From: the human T2T-CHM13v2.0 reference genome, Homo sapiens
NCBI RefSeq assembly: GCF_009914755.1
Contig: NC_060928.1
Direction: 5' to 3' (one strand)
Length of the DNA stretch: 64,000 nt
Below the pieces are notes generated by a model. The model saw nothing but the letters and a program-made list of their open reading frames with translations. It was not told the DNA's origin and ran no database searches. Below, one piece after another: positions 1-14,960 of this stretch. Position 1 is the stretch's first letter, and every line of letters begins with the position of its first letter. The translations under genes were made by a program, and so were the position numbers.

Positions 1-387
1 CATTAGGCCAGGGACATCAGGCTTCAAGTAAATCTAAAATCTAGGAGATTATTCTTTGTAGGGTAGAGGAGACGCAAAGGACATAGGTTTAAAATAAGCA
101 TATTAACCTGTGCAGCTGCATTAATGAGTGCGGCTTCAAAAGAATCTCTTCAGTAACAGAGAAAATAATGACTATATTCATACATAGTAGGCCATTGACA
201 GAAGACCCAGGAATAAGATCAGCCATATATTGTATCTGAAATATGGCTAAAGTGTAATTAAATATTTAATATTAAACTAAACTCATATAGAACTGGGAAA
301 TAAGACCATCAAATTCTCAGTTATTGTTATCTCTGAAAGTGGCTTTGTTTAGTTGATAATTTGACTAGGGTTAGAATTATAGGTCCA

Positions 388-417
388 ATATATACATATA
401 TATATACACACACACAC

Positions 418-450
<33 letters not shown>
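388..450. repeat. (TA)n/(CA)n compound microsatellite
   Basis: atatatacatatatatatacacacacacacgtatatata... Confidence 0.95.
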
Positions 451-451
<1 letters not shown>

Positions 452-479
452 TTTTTTTCCAACTCAATATTTTGCTCAA

Positions 480-760
480 GTGTTTAATTGCAAGTAGTAT
501 GCTGATGAAAAATCTGTTGTTAATCTTGTTCTTATTTTCCTGTAAGGAATCTTTCTTTTCTCTCTAGCAGTGTCAGAAATTTCCTTTTTATACTTAGTAT
601 TCTAAGATTTCACCATCTTGTACCTGTCTTTTTAATTTTGCATGGCTTTCACTGACCCATTATGTAGTTTCATGTCTTTATAAAGTTCTGGAAAATTTTA
701 GGCTATTACCTCCTGAAATATTTTTTCCCTACATTCTGTCTAAATCTATTGAAAAGAGTT
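480..760 (-). mobile_element. Old L1M fragment (ORF1 region, antisense)
   Basis: Degenerate motifs gctgatgaaaaatctgttgttaatc and tctggaaaattttaggctattac, similar to the L1M piece at 63.1-63.4 kb. Confidence 0.55.
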
Positions 761-1673
761 ACGAGTGGGTAGGTAATTTGGTGACTGGTCTCTTGGTATG
801 AGAGCATCTCATTCCTTTTGGTGTCACCAATTCTCTAATACACTGCCCTATTTCTCTGCAATAAGAACTGTATTCATCTTTCCTTTGTGGAGATAGATAT
901 TGCTATTTGTCTTATAGGAGGGAGTGGAGAGAGATACTCAGGGGCTGACCTGTCTGGGTTCTCCCTTTGTGGGGCTCCAACTAATCATCCTGCCAATGGC
1001 TTTTGGGTACCCCTCCTGCTCCTGGATTTCATTCCTTCCAGGCATGGAGCATTTATCTTGTTGGTCTCACCTCCTGGGTTAGAACTTTTCTGAAGGAATC
1101 ATGGGCTGTGACCTCTTTCTTTTCTGCTCATATTTTTCAAAGACTAATTATTATTTCTGTCGTTTTCACCATAGATATTTTTATTTATTTAAAAAATAAA
1201 TTTTCCTTAATTTTTATGAATTTAGTGTAAGAGGAGGGATTATATTAAATGCTCACCATTTTAAAATTAGAAGTCTGTCTTCTATCTTTCCTTCACTAAT
1301 ATGTGTGTTTTGTACTTAGTCATATGGTCAAATACTTGTACATAAAATTATCTGAAAAAGCAAATGAAAAATTAACTAGATTTCCCCGTCGTATTTGCAT
1401 GTATTCCTTACAAACTTACCTCAGTCTTCATTTTTTCCTGCTCTGTCCATTTTCATCCAAAACATACACATATACATCATACAGTCAAGATAAGCATGCA
1501 TATATCACAGGTATCTTTAACACAGTTTGAAGATGTAACCCTTCATTAAATGATGATGGAGAAAAAATAAAGGTAAACTTAGAGGGTATAGTTGAGAGAC
1601 AGTATTAAAACAATTGACTTTTAACCTTATTGGTCTTGATTATGGAACAGAGATGGGTGAATCGTTCATTTAG

Positions 1674-1972
<299 letters not shown>

Positions 1973-2114
1973 TCATTTAGATTTTATGTTATTTATTTAT
2001 AGCTTGATAATATTTTATCTTTTAATTTTTATTATTGTCTAAATATTCAGATTTAGAGGAAATATTATTTTCTTCAGGCAAAATAACAGTCCTGAGAGGC
2101 AAAGTTTTTTTGCT

Positions 2115-2420
2115 TCTTTTTTTTGAGATGCACTTTCACTCTTGTCATCCAGGTTGGAGTGCAACGGTGCGATCTCGGCTCACTGCAACCTTTACCTCCT
2201 GGATTCAAGCGATTCTCCTACCTAGGCTCCCAAGTAGCTGGGACTACAGGCACACACCACCATGCCTGGCTAATGTTTTTTTTTTTTTTTTTTTTTTTAG
2301 TAGAGATGGGGTTCGAGACCATGTTGGCCAGGCTGGTCTCGAACTCCTGACCTCAGGTGATCCACCCGCCTCAGCCTCCCAAAGTGCTGGGATTACAGGC
2401 ATGAGCCGCCACACCCAGCC
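2115..2420 (-). mobile_element. AluS (Sq/Sx-like) with expanded middle A-tract
   Basis: Full Alu dimer on the minus strand with a long T run at about 2276-2298. Confidence 0.95.
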
Positions 2421-3307
2421 TGCTTTTAAAAATATTATTTTTAAGTTATTAGTAGAATGGACTTATTGAAATATGTATTTTTTAACTGAAGGTACTTGGC
2501 ATAGTAAGTTTAACTATGTTTAACTCTGTTGATTTGCTTTTACATTTTGTGCAATCATAAGTGTCCTTCAGTTCTTAAATATCCACAGCAAATCAAATAT
2601 TAACTCTGTGCATGTTTTTGAGTTTTTATTAAGTAGTGTTTATATCATTGTACCTATTCTTATAGCTATTGCCTACATCCAAGTAGGCATTTTGTTTAGT
2701 TCTTTTTCTTTAGTCTCTCGAAATAATGAAAAGTGAAAATTTCTATAATTTGATTGACTGTTTTAAGTCTTTAAGTATATTACACTTTGGGCAAAATGCC
2801 TACTACTGATAAAGACAGCAAAGTTTTTACAGATGTATAATTAAAAACTGACAATGCAGTATAATGGAGAACACACAGAAAGTTCCCTTTGTAGTAGTAA
2901 AAATGTTGGTATGCATAGAGGTGGGAACTTCAATGTGCTAGTGTGGAGGGAGTGGTGTGGAAGTGGTATGCCATAAGTGTGGAAAGGTAGGTAGGAACCG
3001 GATCTTTCCTGGCCTTATAGGTTATAATAAGGATATTAGATCTTTTTCTCAAGCCAATAAGGAATTTTAAAATAACTTTAAAGAGGGGAATGGCATGATT
3101 AGTCTATAGTTTTAAAAAGTCACTCTGCCTTCATTATGGGAAATACATTGGGGGCAGAGGGTATACAAATGCACATAGGGAGGAGGATGTGCATTGAAAC
3201 ATATACATTTGTGGGCACAAAATAAATATTTTGGGATATTGGCAGATTGGCTAACTCTATTCTCTTCAGACTTCTTTTCAATATTTTCTGAAACGTCACC
3301 ATGGACA

Positions 3308-3350
3308 AATAATAATTAATAATTAATAATTCATTAATTAATCATTAATA
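3308..3350. repeat. AT-rich (AATT/AAT)n low-complexity tract at the L1 5' flank
   Basis: aataataattaataattaataattcattaattaatcattaata. Confidence 0.85.
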
Positions 3351-4322
3351 CAGGAGGTTCCAAGATGGCCGAATAGGAACAGCTCCAGACTGCAGCTCCC
3401 AGAAGATGGGTTATTTCTGCATTTTCAACTGAGGTACCAGGTTCATCTCAATGGGGCTTGTCAGACAGCGGGTGCAGCCCAGGGTGCAGGGCGGGGCATC
3501 GCCTCACCCAGGAAGCGCAAGGGGTCAGGGAATTCCCCTTCCTAGCAAAGAGAAGCCATGACAGACAGTACCTGGAAAATCAGGACACTCCCACCCTAAT
3601 ACTGTGCTTTTCCAATGGCCTTGGCAAACAGCACACCAGGAGATTATATCCTGCACCTGGCTTGGAGGGTCCCTTGCTCACTGCTAGCACAGCAGTCTGA
3701 GATCAAACTGCAAGGCGGCAGCAAGGCTGGGGGAGGGGCGTCCGCCATTGCTGAAGCTTGAGTAGGTAAACAAAGCGGCCGGGAAGCTCGAACTGGGTGG
3801 AGCCTACCACAGCTCAAGGAGGCCTGCCTGCCTCTGTATACTCTACCTCTGCGGGCAGGGCATAGCTGAACAAAAGGCAGCAGAAACTTCTGCAGACTTA
3901 AATGTCCCTATCTGACAGTTTTGAAGAGAGTAGTGCTTCTCCCAGCATGGAGTTTGAGATCTGAGAATGGACAGACTGCCTCCTCAAATGGGTCCCCGAC
4001 CTCCAAGTAGCCTAACTGGGAGACTCCTCCCAGTATGGGCTGACTGACACCTCATACAGCCAGGTATCCCTCTGAGATGAAGCTTCCAGAGGAAGGATCA
4101 GGCAGCAACATTTGCCATTCTGCAATATTTGCTGTTCTGCAGCCTCTGCTGGGATACCCAGGCAAACAGGGTCTGGAATGGACCTCCAGCAAATTCCAAC
4201 AGACCTGCAGCTGAGGGTCCTGACTGTTAGAAGGAAAACTAACAAACAGAAAGGACATCCACACCAAAACCCCATCTGTAGGTCACCATGATCAAAGACC
4301 AAAGGTAGATAAAGCCACAAAG

Positions 4323-5341
4323 ATGGGGAGAAACCAGAGCAGAAAAGCTGAAAATTCTAAAAATCAGAGCACCTCTTCTCCAAAGGAATGCAGCTCCTCA
4401 CCAGCAATAGAATAAAACTGGATGGAGAATGACTTTGACGAGTTGAAAGAAGACGGCTTCAGACGATTGGTAATAACAAACTTCTCCAAGCTACAGGAGG
4501 ATGTTCAAACCCATTGCAAAGAAGCTAAAAACCTTGAAAAAAGACTAGACAAATGGCTAACTAGAATAAACAGTGTAGAGAAGTCCTTAAAGGACCTGAT
4601 GGAGCTGAAAACCATGGCACGAGAAGTATGTGACGCATGCACAAGCTTCAGTAGCCGATTCGATCAACTGGAAGAAGGGGTATCAGTGATTGAAGATCAA
4701 ATGAATGAAATGCAGTGAGAAGAGAAGTTTAGAGAAAAAAGAGTAAAAAGAAATGAACAAAGCCTCCAAGAAATATGGGATTATGTGAAAAGACCAAATC
4801 TACGTCTGAATGGTGTACCTGAAAGTGACGGGGAGAATGGAACCAAGTTGGAAAACACTCTGCAGGATATTATCCAGGAGAATTTCCCCAACCTAGCAAG
4901 GCAAGCCAACATTCAAATTCAGGAAATACAGAGAATGTCACAGAGATACTCCTCAAGAAGAGCAACTCCAAGACACATAATTGTCAGATTCACCAAAATA
5001 GAAATGAAGGAAAAAATGTTAAGGGCAGGCAGAGAGAAAGATTGGGTTACCCACAAAGGGAAGCCCATCAGACTAACAGCGGATCTCTCAGCAGAATCTC
5101 TATAAGCCAGAAGAGAGTGGGGGCCAATATTCAACATTCTTAAAGAAAAGAATTTTCAGCCTAGAATTTCATATCCAGCCAAACTAAGCTTCGTAAGTGG
5201 AATGGCACAATCTCATGCGCCAAACAAATGCTGACAGATTTTGTCACCACCAGGCCTGCCTTGCAAGAGCTCCTGCAGGAAGCACTAAACATGGAAAGGA
5301 ACAACTGGTACCAGTCACTGCAAAAACATGCCAAATTGTAA
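4323..5341 (+). pseudogene. L1 ORF1p remnant (RNA-binding protein), disrupted
   Basis: ATGGGGAGAAAC start and ORF pieces MENDFDEL.. and KRPNLRL..QENFPNLARQANIQIQEIQR. In-frame stops at 4716 and 5103. Confidence 0.93.
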
Positions 5342-5401
5342 AGACCATTGAGGCTAGGAAGAAACTGCATCAACTAACAAGCAAAATAACCAGCTAACAT
5401 C

Positions 5402-8400
5402 ATGACAGGATCCAATTCACACATAACAATATTAACCTTAAATGTAAATGGGCTAAATGCTCCAATGAAAAGACACAGACTGGCAAATTGGATAAAGAGT
5501 CAAGACCCAACAGTGTGCTGTATTTAGGAGACCCGTCTCACATGCAGAGACACACATAGGCTCAAAATAAAGGGATGGACAAAGATCTACCAAGCAAATA
5601 GAAAACAGGGGTTGCAAAAAAGCAGGGGTTGCAATCCTAGTCTCTGATAAAACTGACTTTAAACCAACAAAGATCAAAAGAGACAAAGAAGGCCATTACG
5701 TATTGGTAAAGGGATCAATTCAACAAGAAGAGCTAACTATCCTAAATATATATGCACCCAATATAGGAGCACCCAGATTCACAAAGCAAGTCCTTAGAGA
5801 ACTACAAAGAGACTTAGACTCCCACACAATAATAAAGGGAGACTTTAACACTCCACTGTCAACATTAGACAGATCGAGACAGAAAGTTAACAAGGATATC
5901 CAGGAATTGAACTCAGCTCTGCACCAAGCAGACCTAATAGACATCTACAGAATTCTCCACCCCAAATCAACAGAATATACATTCTTCTCAGCACCACATC
6001 CCACTTATTCCAAAACTGATCACATAGTTGGAAGTAAAGCACTCCTTAGCAAATGTAAAAGAACAGAAATTATAACAAACTGTCTCTCAGACCACAGTTC
6101 AATCAAACTAGAACTCAGGATTAACAAACTCACTCAAAACCGCTCAACTGCACGGAAACTGAACAACCTGCTCCTGAATGACTACTGGGTACATAACAAA
6201 ATGAAGGCAGAAATAAAGATGTTCTTTGAAACCAGTGAGAACAAAGACACAACATACCAGAATCTCTGGGACACATTTAAAGCAGTGTGTAGAGGGAAAT
6301 TTATAGCACTAAATGCCCATAAGAGAAAGCAGGAAAGATCCAAAATTGACACCCTAACATCACAGTTAAAAGAACTAGAAAAGCAAGAGCAAACATATTC
6401 AAAAGTTAGCAGAAGGCAAGAAATAACTAAGATCAGAGCAGAACTGAAGGAGCTAGAGACACAAAAAAACCCTTCAAAAAATCAATGAATCCAGGAGCTG
6501 GTTTTTTGAGAAGATCAACAAAATTGATAGACTGCTAGTAAGATTAATAAAGAAGAAAGGGGAGAAGAATCAAATAGATGCAATAAAAAATGAGAAAGAG
6601 GATATCACCACCAATCCCACAGAAATACAAACTACCATCAGAGAATACTATAAACACCTCTATGCAAATAAACTAGAAAATCTGGAAGAAATGTATAAGT
6701 TCCTGGACACATACACCCTCCCAAGACTAAACCAGTAACAAGTTGAATCCCTGAATACACCAATAAAAGGCTCTGAAATTGAGGCAATAATTAATAGCTT
6801 ACCAACCAAGAAAAATCCAGGACCACATGGATTCACAGCCAAATTCTACCAGAGGTACAAAGAGGAGATGGTACTATTCCTTCTGAAACTTTCCCAATCA
6901 ATAGAAAAAGAGGGAATCCTCCCTAATTCATTTTATGAGGCCAACATCATCCTGATACCAAAGCCTGGCAGAGACACAACAAAAAAAGAGAATTTTAGAC
7001 CAATATCCCTGATGAACATCGATGCAAAAATCCTCAATAAAATACTGGCAAACCCAATCCAGCAGCACATCAAAAAGCTTATCCACCATGATCAAGTGGG
7101 CTTCATCCCTGGGATGCAAGGCTGGTTCAACATAAGCAAATCAATAAATGTAATCCATCATATTAACAGAACCAAAGACAACAACCACATGATTATCTCA
7201 ATAGATGCAGAAAAGGCCTTTGACAAAATTCAACAGCACTTCATGCTAAAAACTCTCAATAAACTAGGTATTGATGACAAGTATCTCAAAATAATAAGAG
7301 CTATTTATGACAAATCCACAGCCACTATCATACTGAATGGGCAAAAACTGGAAGCATTCCCTTTGAAAATCAGCACAAGACAGGGATGCCTCCCTCACCA
7401 CTCCTATTAAACATATCATTGGAAGTTCTGGCCAGGGCAATCAGGCAAGAGAAAGAAATAAAGAGTATTCAATTAGACAAAGAGGAAGTCAAATTGTCCC
7501 TGTTTGCAGATGACATGATCATATATTTAGAAAACCCCATCATCTCAGCCCAAAATCTCTTTAAGCGATAAGCAACTTCAGCAAATTCTCGGGTTACAAA
7601 TTCAATGTGCAAAAATCACAAGGATTCCTATACACCAATAATAGACAAACAGAGAGGCAAGTCATGAGTGAACTCCCATTCACAATTGCTTCAAAGACAA
7701 TAAAATACCAAGGAATCCAACTTACAAGGGATGTGAAGGACCTCTTCAAGGAGAACTACAAACCACTGTTCAACGAAATAAAAGAGGACACAAACAAATG
7801 GAAGAAAATTCCATGCTCATGGATAGGAAGAATCAATATTTTGAAAATGGCCATACTGCCCAAGGTAATTTATAGATTCAATGCCATCCCCATCAAGCTA
7901 CCAATGACTTTCTTCACAGAATTGGAAAAACCTACTTTAAAGTTCATGTGGAACCAAAAAAGAGCCCACATTGCCAAGTCAGTCCTAAGCCAAAAGAACA
8001 AAGCTGGAGGCATCATACTACCTGACTTCAAACTATACTACAAGGCTACAGTAACCAAAACAGCATGGTACTGGTACCAAAACAGAGATATAGACCAATG
8101 GAACAGAATAGAGCCCCCGGAAATAATACCACACATCTAGAACCATCTGATCTTTGACAAACCTGACAAAAACAAGAAATGGGGAAAGGATTCCCTATTT
8201 AATAAATGGTGCTGGGAAAACTGGCTAGCCATATGTAGAAAGCTGAAACTGGATCCCTTCCTTATACTTTATACAAAAATTAATTCAAGATGGATTAAAG
8301 ACTTAAATGTTAGACCTAAAACCATAAAAACCCTAGAAGAAAACCTAGGCAATACCATTCAGGGCATAGGCATGGGCAATGACTTCATGATTAAAGCACC

Positions 8401-9233
8401 AAAAGCAAGGGCAACAAAAGCCAAAATTGACAAATGGGATCTAATTAAACTAAAGGGCTTCTGCACAGCAAAAGAAACTACCATCAGAGTGAACAGGCAA
8501 CCTACAGAATGGGAGGAAATTTTTGCAATCTACCCATCTGACAAAGGGCTAATATCCAGAATCTACAAAGAACTTAAACAAATTTACAAGAAAAAAAACA
8601 AACAACTCCATCAAAAAATGGGCAAAGGATATGAACAGACAATTCTCAAAAGAAGACATTTATGCAGCCAACAGACACATGAAAAAGTGCTCATCGTCAC
8701 TGGCCATCAGAGAAATGGAAATCAAAACCACAATGAGATACCATCTCACACCAGTTAGAACAGCGATCATTAAAAAGTCAAGAAACAACAGGTGCTGGAG
8801 AGGATGTGGAGAAATAGGAATGCTTTTACACTATTGGTGGGAGTGTAAACTAGTTCAGTCATTGTGGAAGACAGTGTGGTGATTCCTCAGGGATCTAGAA
8901 CTAGAAATACCATTTGATCCAGCCATCCCATTACTGGGCATATACGTAAAGGAATATAAATCATGCTGCTATAAGGACACATGCACAAGTTTGTTTATTA
9001 TGGCACTATTCACAATAGCAAAGACTTGGAACCAACCCAAATGTCCATCAATGATAGACTGGATTAAGAAAATGTGGCACATATACACCATGGAATACTA
9101 TGCAGCCATAAATAAGGATGAGTTCATGTCCTTTGTAGGTACATGGATGAAGCTGGAAACCATCATTCTGAGCAAACTATCGCAAGGAGAGAAAACCAAA
9201 CACCGCATGTTCTCACTCATAGGTGGGAATTGA
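5402..9233 (+). pseudogene. L1 ORF2p remnant (APE endonuclease + reverse transcriptase), disrupted
   Basis: ATGACAGGATCC start, GDFNTPL and SDH endonuclease motifs, FADD RT motif, C-terminal ..MFSLIGGN*. Broken into many frames. Confidence 0.95.
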
Positions 9234-9448
9234 ACAATGAGAACAGCTGGACACAGGGCGGGGAGCATCACACATTGGGGCCTGTCGTGGGGTTGGGGAA
9301 GCAGGGAGGGATAGCATTAGGAGAGATACCTAATGTAAACGATGAATTAACAGGTGCAGCACACCAACATGGCACTTGTATACATATGTAACAACCTGCC
9401 CGTTGTGCAAATGTACCCTAGAACTTAAAGTATAAAAAAAAAAAAAAA

Positions 9449-9771
9449 GAACAAGAACTCCAATAACAGGCCTTGAAAAACTAAGCGTGAAATCCAGGTT
9501 GTGGAACGTTTGACCCCAGGAAGAATGTATTTCATCTGTGTGTAGTTCATCTGTATTCTTGTGGTAATCAAGCAGACACCAGCTAGACCACTAGTTGGCC
9601 CACTGCTCAAGACAGTCGTCAAGACCAGACATACTACCGCACACGTAGTCAACTCCTGTGCTTCCCATAAAAACTGTCTAGCTAGCCTGAGAAACTTGAG
9701 ATGATCTTTGTGACATGAGTCCACCATCTCCTCTGGTTGTCAACTCCTGAATAAACCCATTTTTCTCCCTC
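9449..9771 (+). other. LTR-like segment after the L1 poly-A; probable L1 3' transduction
   Basis: TATA-like cataaaaa at 9666 and AATAAA at 9750-9755. An A-run begins 16 nt later, and the AT-rich flank seen 5' of the L1 resumes only after it. Confidence 0.7.
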
Positions 9772-9940
9772 AAAAAACATTAATAATTATTAATAATAAA
9801 TTAACAATAAATCATTAACAATAATTAATAATTAATAATAATTAATAATAAAAATTAATAAAAATAAAATAAAATAAAAGTATTAAAAACTCTAATAAAA
9901 TATAATACAATATAATATATAATACAATACAACATAATAT
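9772..9940. repeat. AT-rich low-complexity tract / decayed A tail
   Basis: aaaaaacattaataattattaataataaattaacaataa...(aaaat)n. Confidence 0.85.
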
Positions 9941-11104
9941 GTGTTATGGCTAAGGAAATTTCAGATTAGGAAGGACACCTAATTTAGACTAAAAGAGAAC
10001 AGCTTCCTAGAGAAGGTGAAAGATGAGTTAAGTGCTGATAGCTGGATAGTTCAGTCAGACCAAGAAAGAATGGCTTTTCTGAATCAAAGAAGAACATTTA
10101 TGTGGATATCCTGATAAAACGGAAAACAGATCAGAGTACAAAGTATACCATTACCAGGGATGTGGCTGAAGAGATAGGCCGACAAGATATTAGATATTAT
10201 GCTAAAAATCCAGGATTTATCCTGAAATGGTAAATGGTAATTGAAAGATTTTTAGCAAGACAGTGACATGATGAAACTGGTATTTCAAAATGAACATGCT
10301 AGCAAGAGGTGGGATAATGTACTGGATGAGAATAAGACGGGAAGCAGAGAGGCCCATTAGGAATTTGATTCATTTATTCACTAATGGTGATACCAAATGC
10401 TTAGTATGTAACAACTATTGAGCCAGGTGTTAGGGACACAGTGGTCAACAAAAAAGAGGGCCACTGCTTTCCTTCAAAGGTTTAAAATCTAGCACATCAA
10501 TAAAATAATACAGGGAGGTAATCCAGCGCTTGACCATTCTCTCCCTTTAAAAATTATGTGTGTTACTTTATTATAATTTAAAAATACAGATGAATAAGAA
10601 GAATGTGAACAAAATCAGACATCCACTCAACCTCTATGGAATGTTAACATTTTATTGTGTGTACATACTTCTAGATGTTTAAAAATATAGTATGTGTATA
10701 TATTGTATATCATACAATTATATGAATAAATCAGACTGTTCTCAATTGGTTTATGATCTAGTTTCCTCTTAACAACACATGGTGATCTTTCCATAACCAT
10801 AAATCTATTTATCCATATTATTTTTTATGAGGGGATGATGTTCTACTGCATTTTTGGACATTTTAGGTAGGACTATTCAAAACAATGTTAGAATGAATAT
10901 TCTTATAGGCAAGTTTTAAATTTCATTTCATTAGATTAAATTCTTAGAAGTGGAATAAAAGAAAATGCACATTTTAAAGGCCTTTGATAATGCCCCAAAC
11001 CCTCCTTTATAATCTTTTCTTCTGGCTTCCATACCATACTTTGTTAGGTTTTTTTTTTTTTTTAACTACATCAGCAACTCATACACAGTCTTCTTCATTA
11101 GTTC

Positions 11105-11267
11105 ATTGCTGCACATTGAAATCATCTGGGGATTTTTAAAAATTACTGATGCCTGGCTCCCACCCTTAGACATACCAATTTCATTGGTATGTGGTACAAT
11201 CTGGGAATTGGAATTTTTAGAAGTGCCTCAAGTGATTCTTACTTGCAGCAAAAGATAGAAACCACTG
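11105..11267. mobile_element. MER5-family hAT-Charlie DNA transposon relic
   Basis: cacattgaaatcatctgggg...tgatgcctggctcccacc...aagtgattct...gaaaccactg. Confidence 0.75.
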
Positions 11268-12604
11268 TATTCTTTTATTTTCCCTGTTTACTACAGAAAT
11301 TTAAGTTCCATCCTAGATCTGCATCTTACCTTTTTTCACATGCTCTTCATATGTAATCATAATTTCACCTCTTCCACTCTAAACTCTATGAATATAATTA
11401 AAAACTCGTATCTTGCACTTTTCCTGAGGTCCAGTTCCACTTTGTTCATTGCCTATAGGAAAGTGTGCACTAATGCTAAATATAGAATTAGCTCTCAAAC
11501 TTGGTGTATCTCAAACTGAATTAAGAGGTCTCCCTTACTCTTGATAAACAGAAAACTAAACACATGTTTAAAAAAACAGCAACACCTGTGGGGAAAGATA
11601 TTTTCTACCTTTCAGTTGGTTGCAAAGCTCTTGTCTTGATTCTTTCTCTAAAACATATTTTAAATCAGTTTCCCCTACCCTTTCTATTACCATTACCACA
11701 ACCTCTACCCTCAGAGTAGTACCACTGTGACAATACTTATCTGAATATCTGTCTTGGGAGCACTGGCCTGTCAGAGTAGTTTGCCTGCAATCTCACTTGC
11801 ATGAAGATAGCACCTAGTGAATACCAGTAGATATGATATTAGGGACTGAAATCAAGGTGGAATTAAAAATTTCAACACATGTAAGTAAGAGTGTGTGTGT
11901 GTGGGAGGAAGTGGGATAATGTAGGAGAAGGGACAGTGATCATTTCCAACTACTTGAAGATGGCCACTCTTGGGCCAGGAACTCAGCCCAGGGTTGGAGA
12001 ATGTTGAGATACATCGGGCTCATCCCGATTGATTTCAGGCTGCAAAGGTCACTTTGAGAATTAATTGACCCAATAATGGAGGAACAACTATAACGTTCCA
12101 GGAGAAAGAAGGCTAAAAAGCAAAACTATTTTATTTGTGTTATAAATATCTGAATTTTTAAAAAATTTGAACTCCTTACCCAGGCAAGTCTGCCATAATT
12201 TCAACCAAGGAATACTGACAAATCTAGAAATTGAGAGATTTATAAGCTACTGAATCTAAAATATGGAAGCAGCTAAGCTGACATGACTGGGGAAAGTGAG
12301 GATCCTTTAATCTCTGACTGTGAGGGTGACTGTCCTTGACATGCTGTGAAGAGTAGCTATAAACCATCACTTCTTGTTTCTCAGATCTCAAACTATTGAT
12401 CCACTCAGCTAAAATAAAAGCTCCATTGAGCAGAGGCCTTGATTGTACAATTAATTATTCTCCAGCAGCTCTGAGAGTGTGAGATATATGGTAGCCATAC
12501 AAAAAATATTGAGTTAATAATTTCTCATACTGGGGCCAAAACCCCTGTGACCATAGTAGCAATGTAGTAGGGTGTTCAAGTGTGTTACTTCTTTAGAATT
12601 TTAG

Positions 12605-12920
<316 letters not shown>

Positions 12921-13810
12921 TAAGATCATTTTAATAAGATTTAAGAGACACTAATTTCTGTCTTTCAAGAGAGGTACTAATTTCCATCTAAGCAGGCCCA
13001 CCAGAAAGTAGATATGGAAAAACAGGACAAGCATATAATATTTGTAAAGCAAAGCATTTTATTTCTAGAGGAAGATTTGAAATCCATGGAAGTTAGGAGA
13101 TAACACAGTTGTTTTAGTTATTTGTCACACTTTAAAGTCATTGTAGCAGTTAGGAAATAGTGAGATCTTGGCAAACAAAATGTGGACATCTAGGAGAAGC
13201 CAAAGAGTTGGCAACACTTTTTAAGCATCTCTGGCAGCTCCTGTCTAGTTGGACTAAAGGAATACCATATCCTATTATAAATCACATTTCCCTGGAATTC
13301 AGCTTAAAGGGCAAACTTTAGAAGGAAAACCTCCATCATCCTCATTCAATACTTCAGCTACTGTTTCTTATCCGCATCTAAACAAAGGCCATTAAATAGA
13401 GTTTCAGGGAAAGGCAGAGCTGCCAGGAATGATGCAGAGATGGCCTTTTTCTTTAGTAAACCAGAAGCTTAAATGGGCTTGACTCCATAAGATTTTTTGT
13501 TTTAGTAATTAGCAAATAGAGTTTCAAATTCAAATTGACTTGAAGCAAGCAGAAGTTTTAAATTAATTAAATTTTCCAGGAAAGGGAAGCCTAGCCCTAG
13601 GAACAGAGATTACTCAACTTGTAATGCATTCCTCAGGCCTAAGTATCCACACCTATAAAGAATGACTTGGACTTGCAAAGGTAATAGAGCTACTTAAGAA
13701 GAATCTCTCCAACATCCCTCTGAGAAGCAGCCCAGAAAGATACAAGGCAAGGGAAATCTTTCCAGGGAGAAGAACTCAAGGTGCTGAATGGCTTTTAAAG
13801 GACATTTCTG

Positions 13811-14138
13811 AGCCGGGTGTGTTGGCTCATGCCTGTAATCCTAGCACTTTGAGAGGTCAAAGCGGGTGGATAGCTTGAGTCCAGTGGTTTGAGACCAGAC
13901 TGGTGAGCATGGGGAAATCCCACCTCTACAAAAAATACAAAAATTAGCTGGGTGTAGTGGCACACACCTGTAGTCCTAGCTACTTGGGGGCTGAGGCTGG
14001 AGGATCGCTTGATTCTAGGAGGTTGAGGGTGCAGTGACCTGAGGTTGTGCCACTGCACTTCAGCCTTGGCAGTAGAGTGAGACCTTGTCTCAACAAAACA
14101 AAACAAAACAAAACAAACAAAACAAAACAAAACAAAAC
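13811..14138 (+). mobile_element. AluJ with (CAAAA)n tail
   Basis: J-type gatcgcttga..ggaggttgagg..gacct in the right arm. Tail has become an (AAAAC)n microsatellite. Confidence 0.92.
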
Positions 14139-14270
14139 AGCAAAGACACTTTCTCTATTTCCAAGGGAGCAAGTCAAGAACATTTTATACTGCCTGCTCC
14201 TAACAAGTGATTATTCTCAAGCCCCTTTCTTTCCCCTAAATGAGATAATTTTATTAAGGTAATTCTGTCT

Positions 14271-14960
<690 letters not shown>

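Larger units (their letters stand above)
3353..9448 (+). mobile_element. Full-length (~6.1 kb) LINE-1, L1PA5/6-like, inactive
   Basis: 5' end ggaggttccaagatggccgaatagg with YY1 core, 5' UTR, ORF1, ORF2, G-rich 3' UTR and poly-A. Multiple stops and frameshifts. The 5' UTR retains the segment near 4055-4170 that was lost from younger L1PA3-L1HS elements. Confidence 0.97.

Noticed and set aside
113-127. cagctgcattaatga resembles pUC/lac vector sequence
   Set aside because: Only 15 nt, with no flanking vector similarity; compatible with chance.
5603-5633. Duplicated caggggttgcaa within L1 ORF2
   Set aside because: Ordinary small local duplication in a dead element.
5402-9233. Reverse transcriptase/endonuclease ORFs as a novel or active RT system
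   Set aside because: Standard LINE-1 ORF2 with many stops and frameshifts.
9425-9727. 100-aa minus-strand ORF in the post-L1 segment
   Set aside because: No recognisable domain. It runs into the L1 poly-A complement (poly-Phe) and is a chance ORF.
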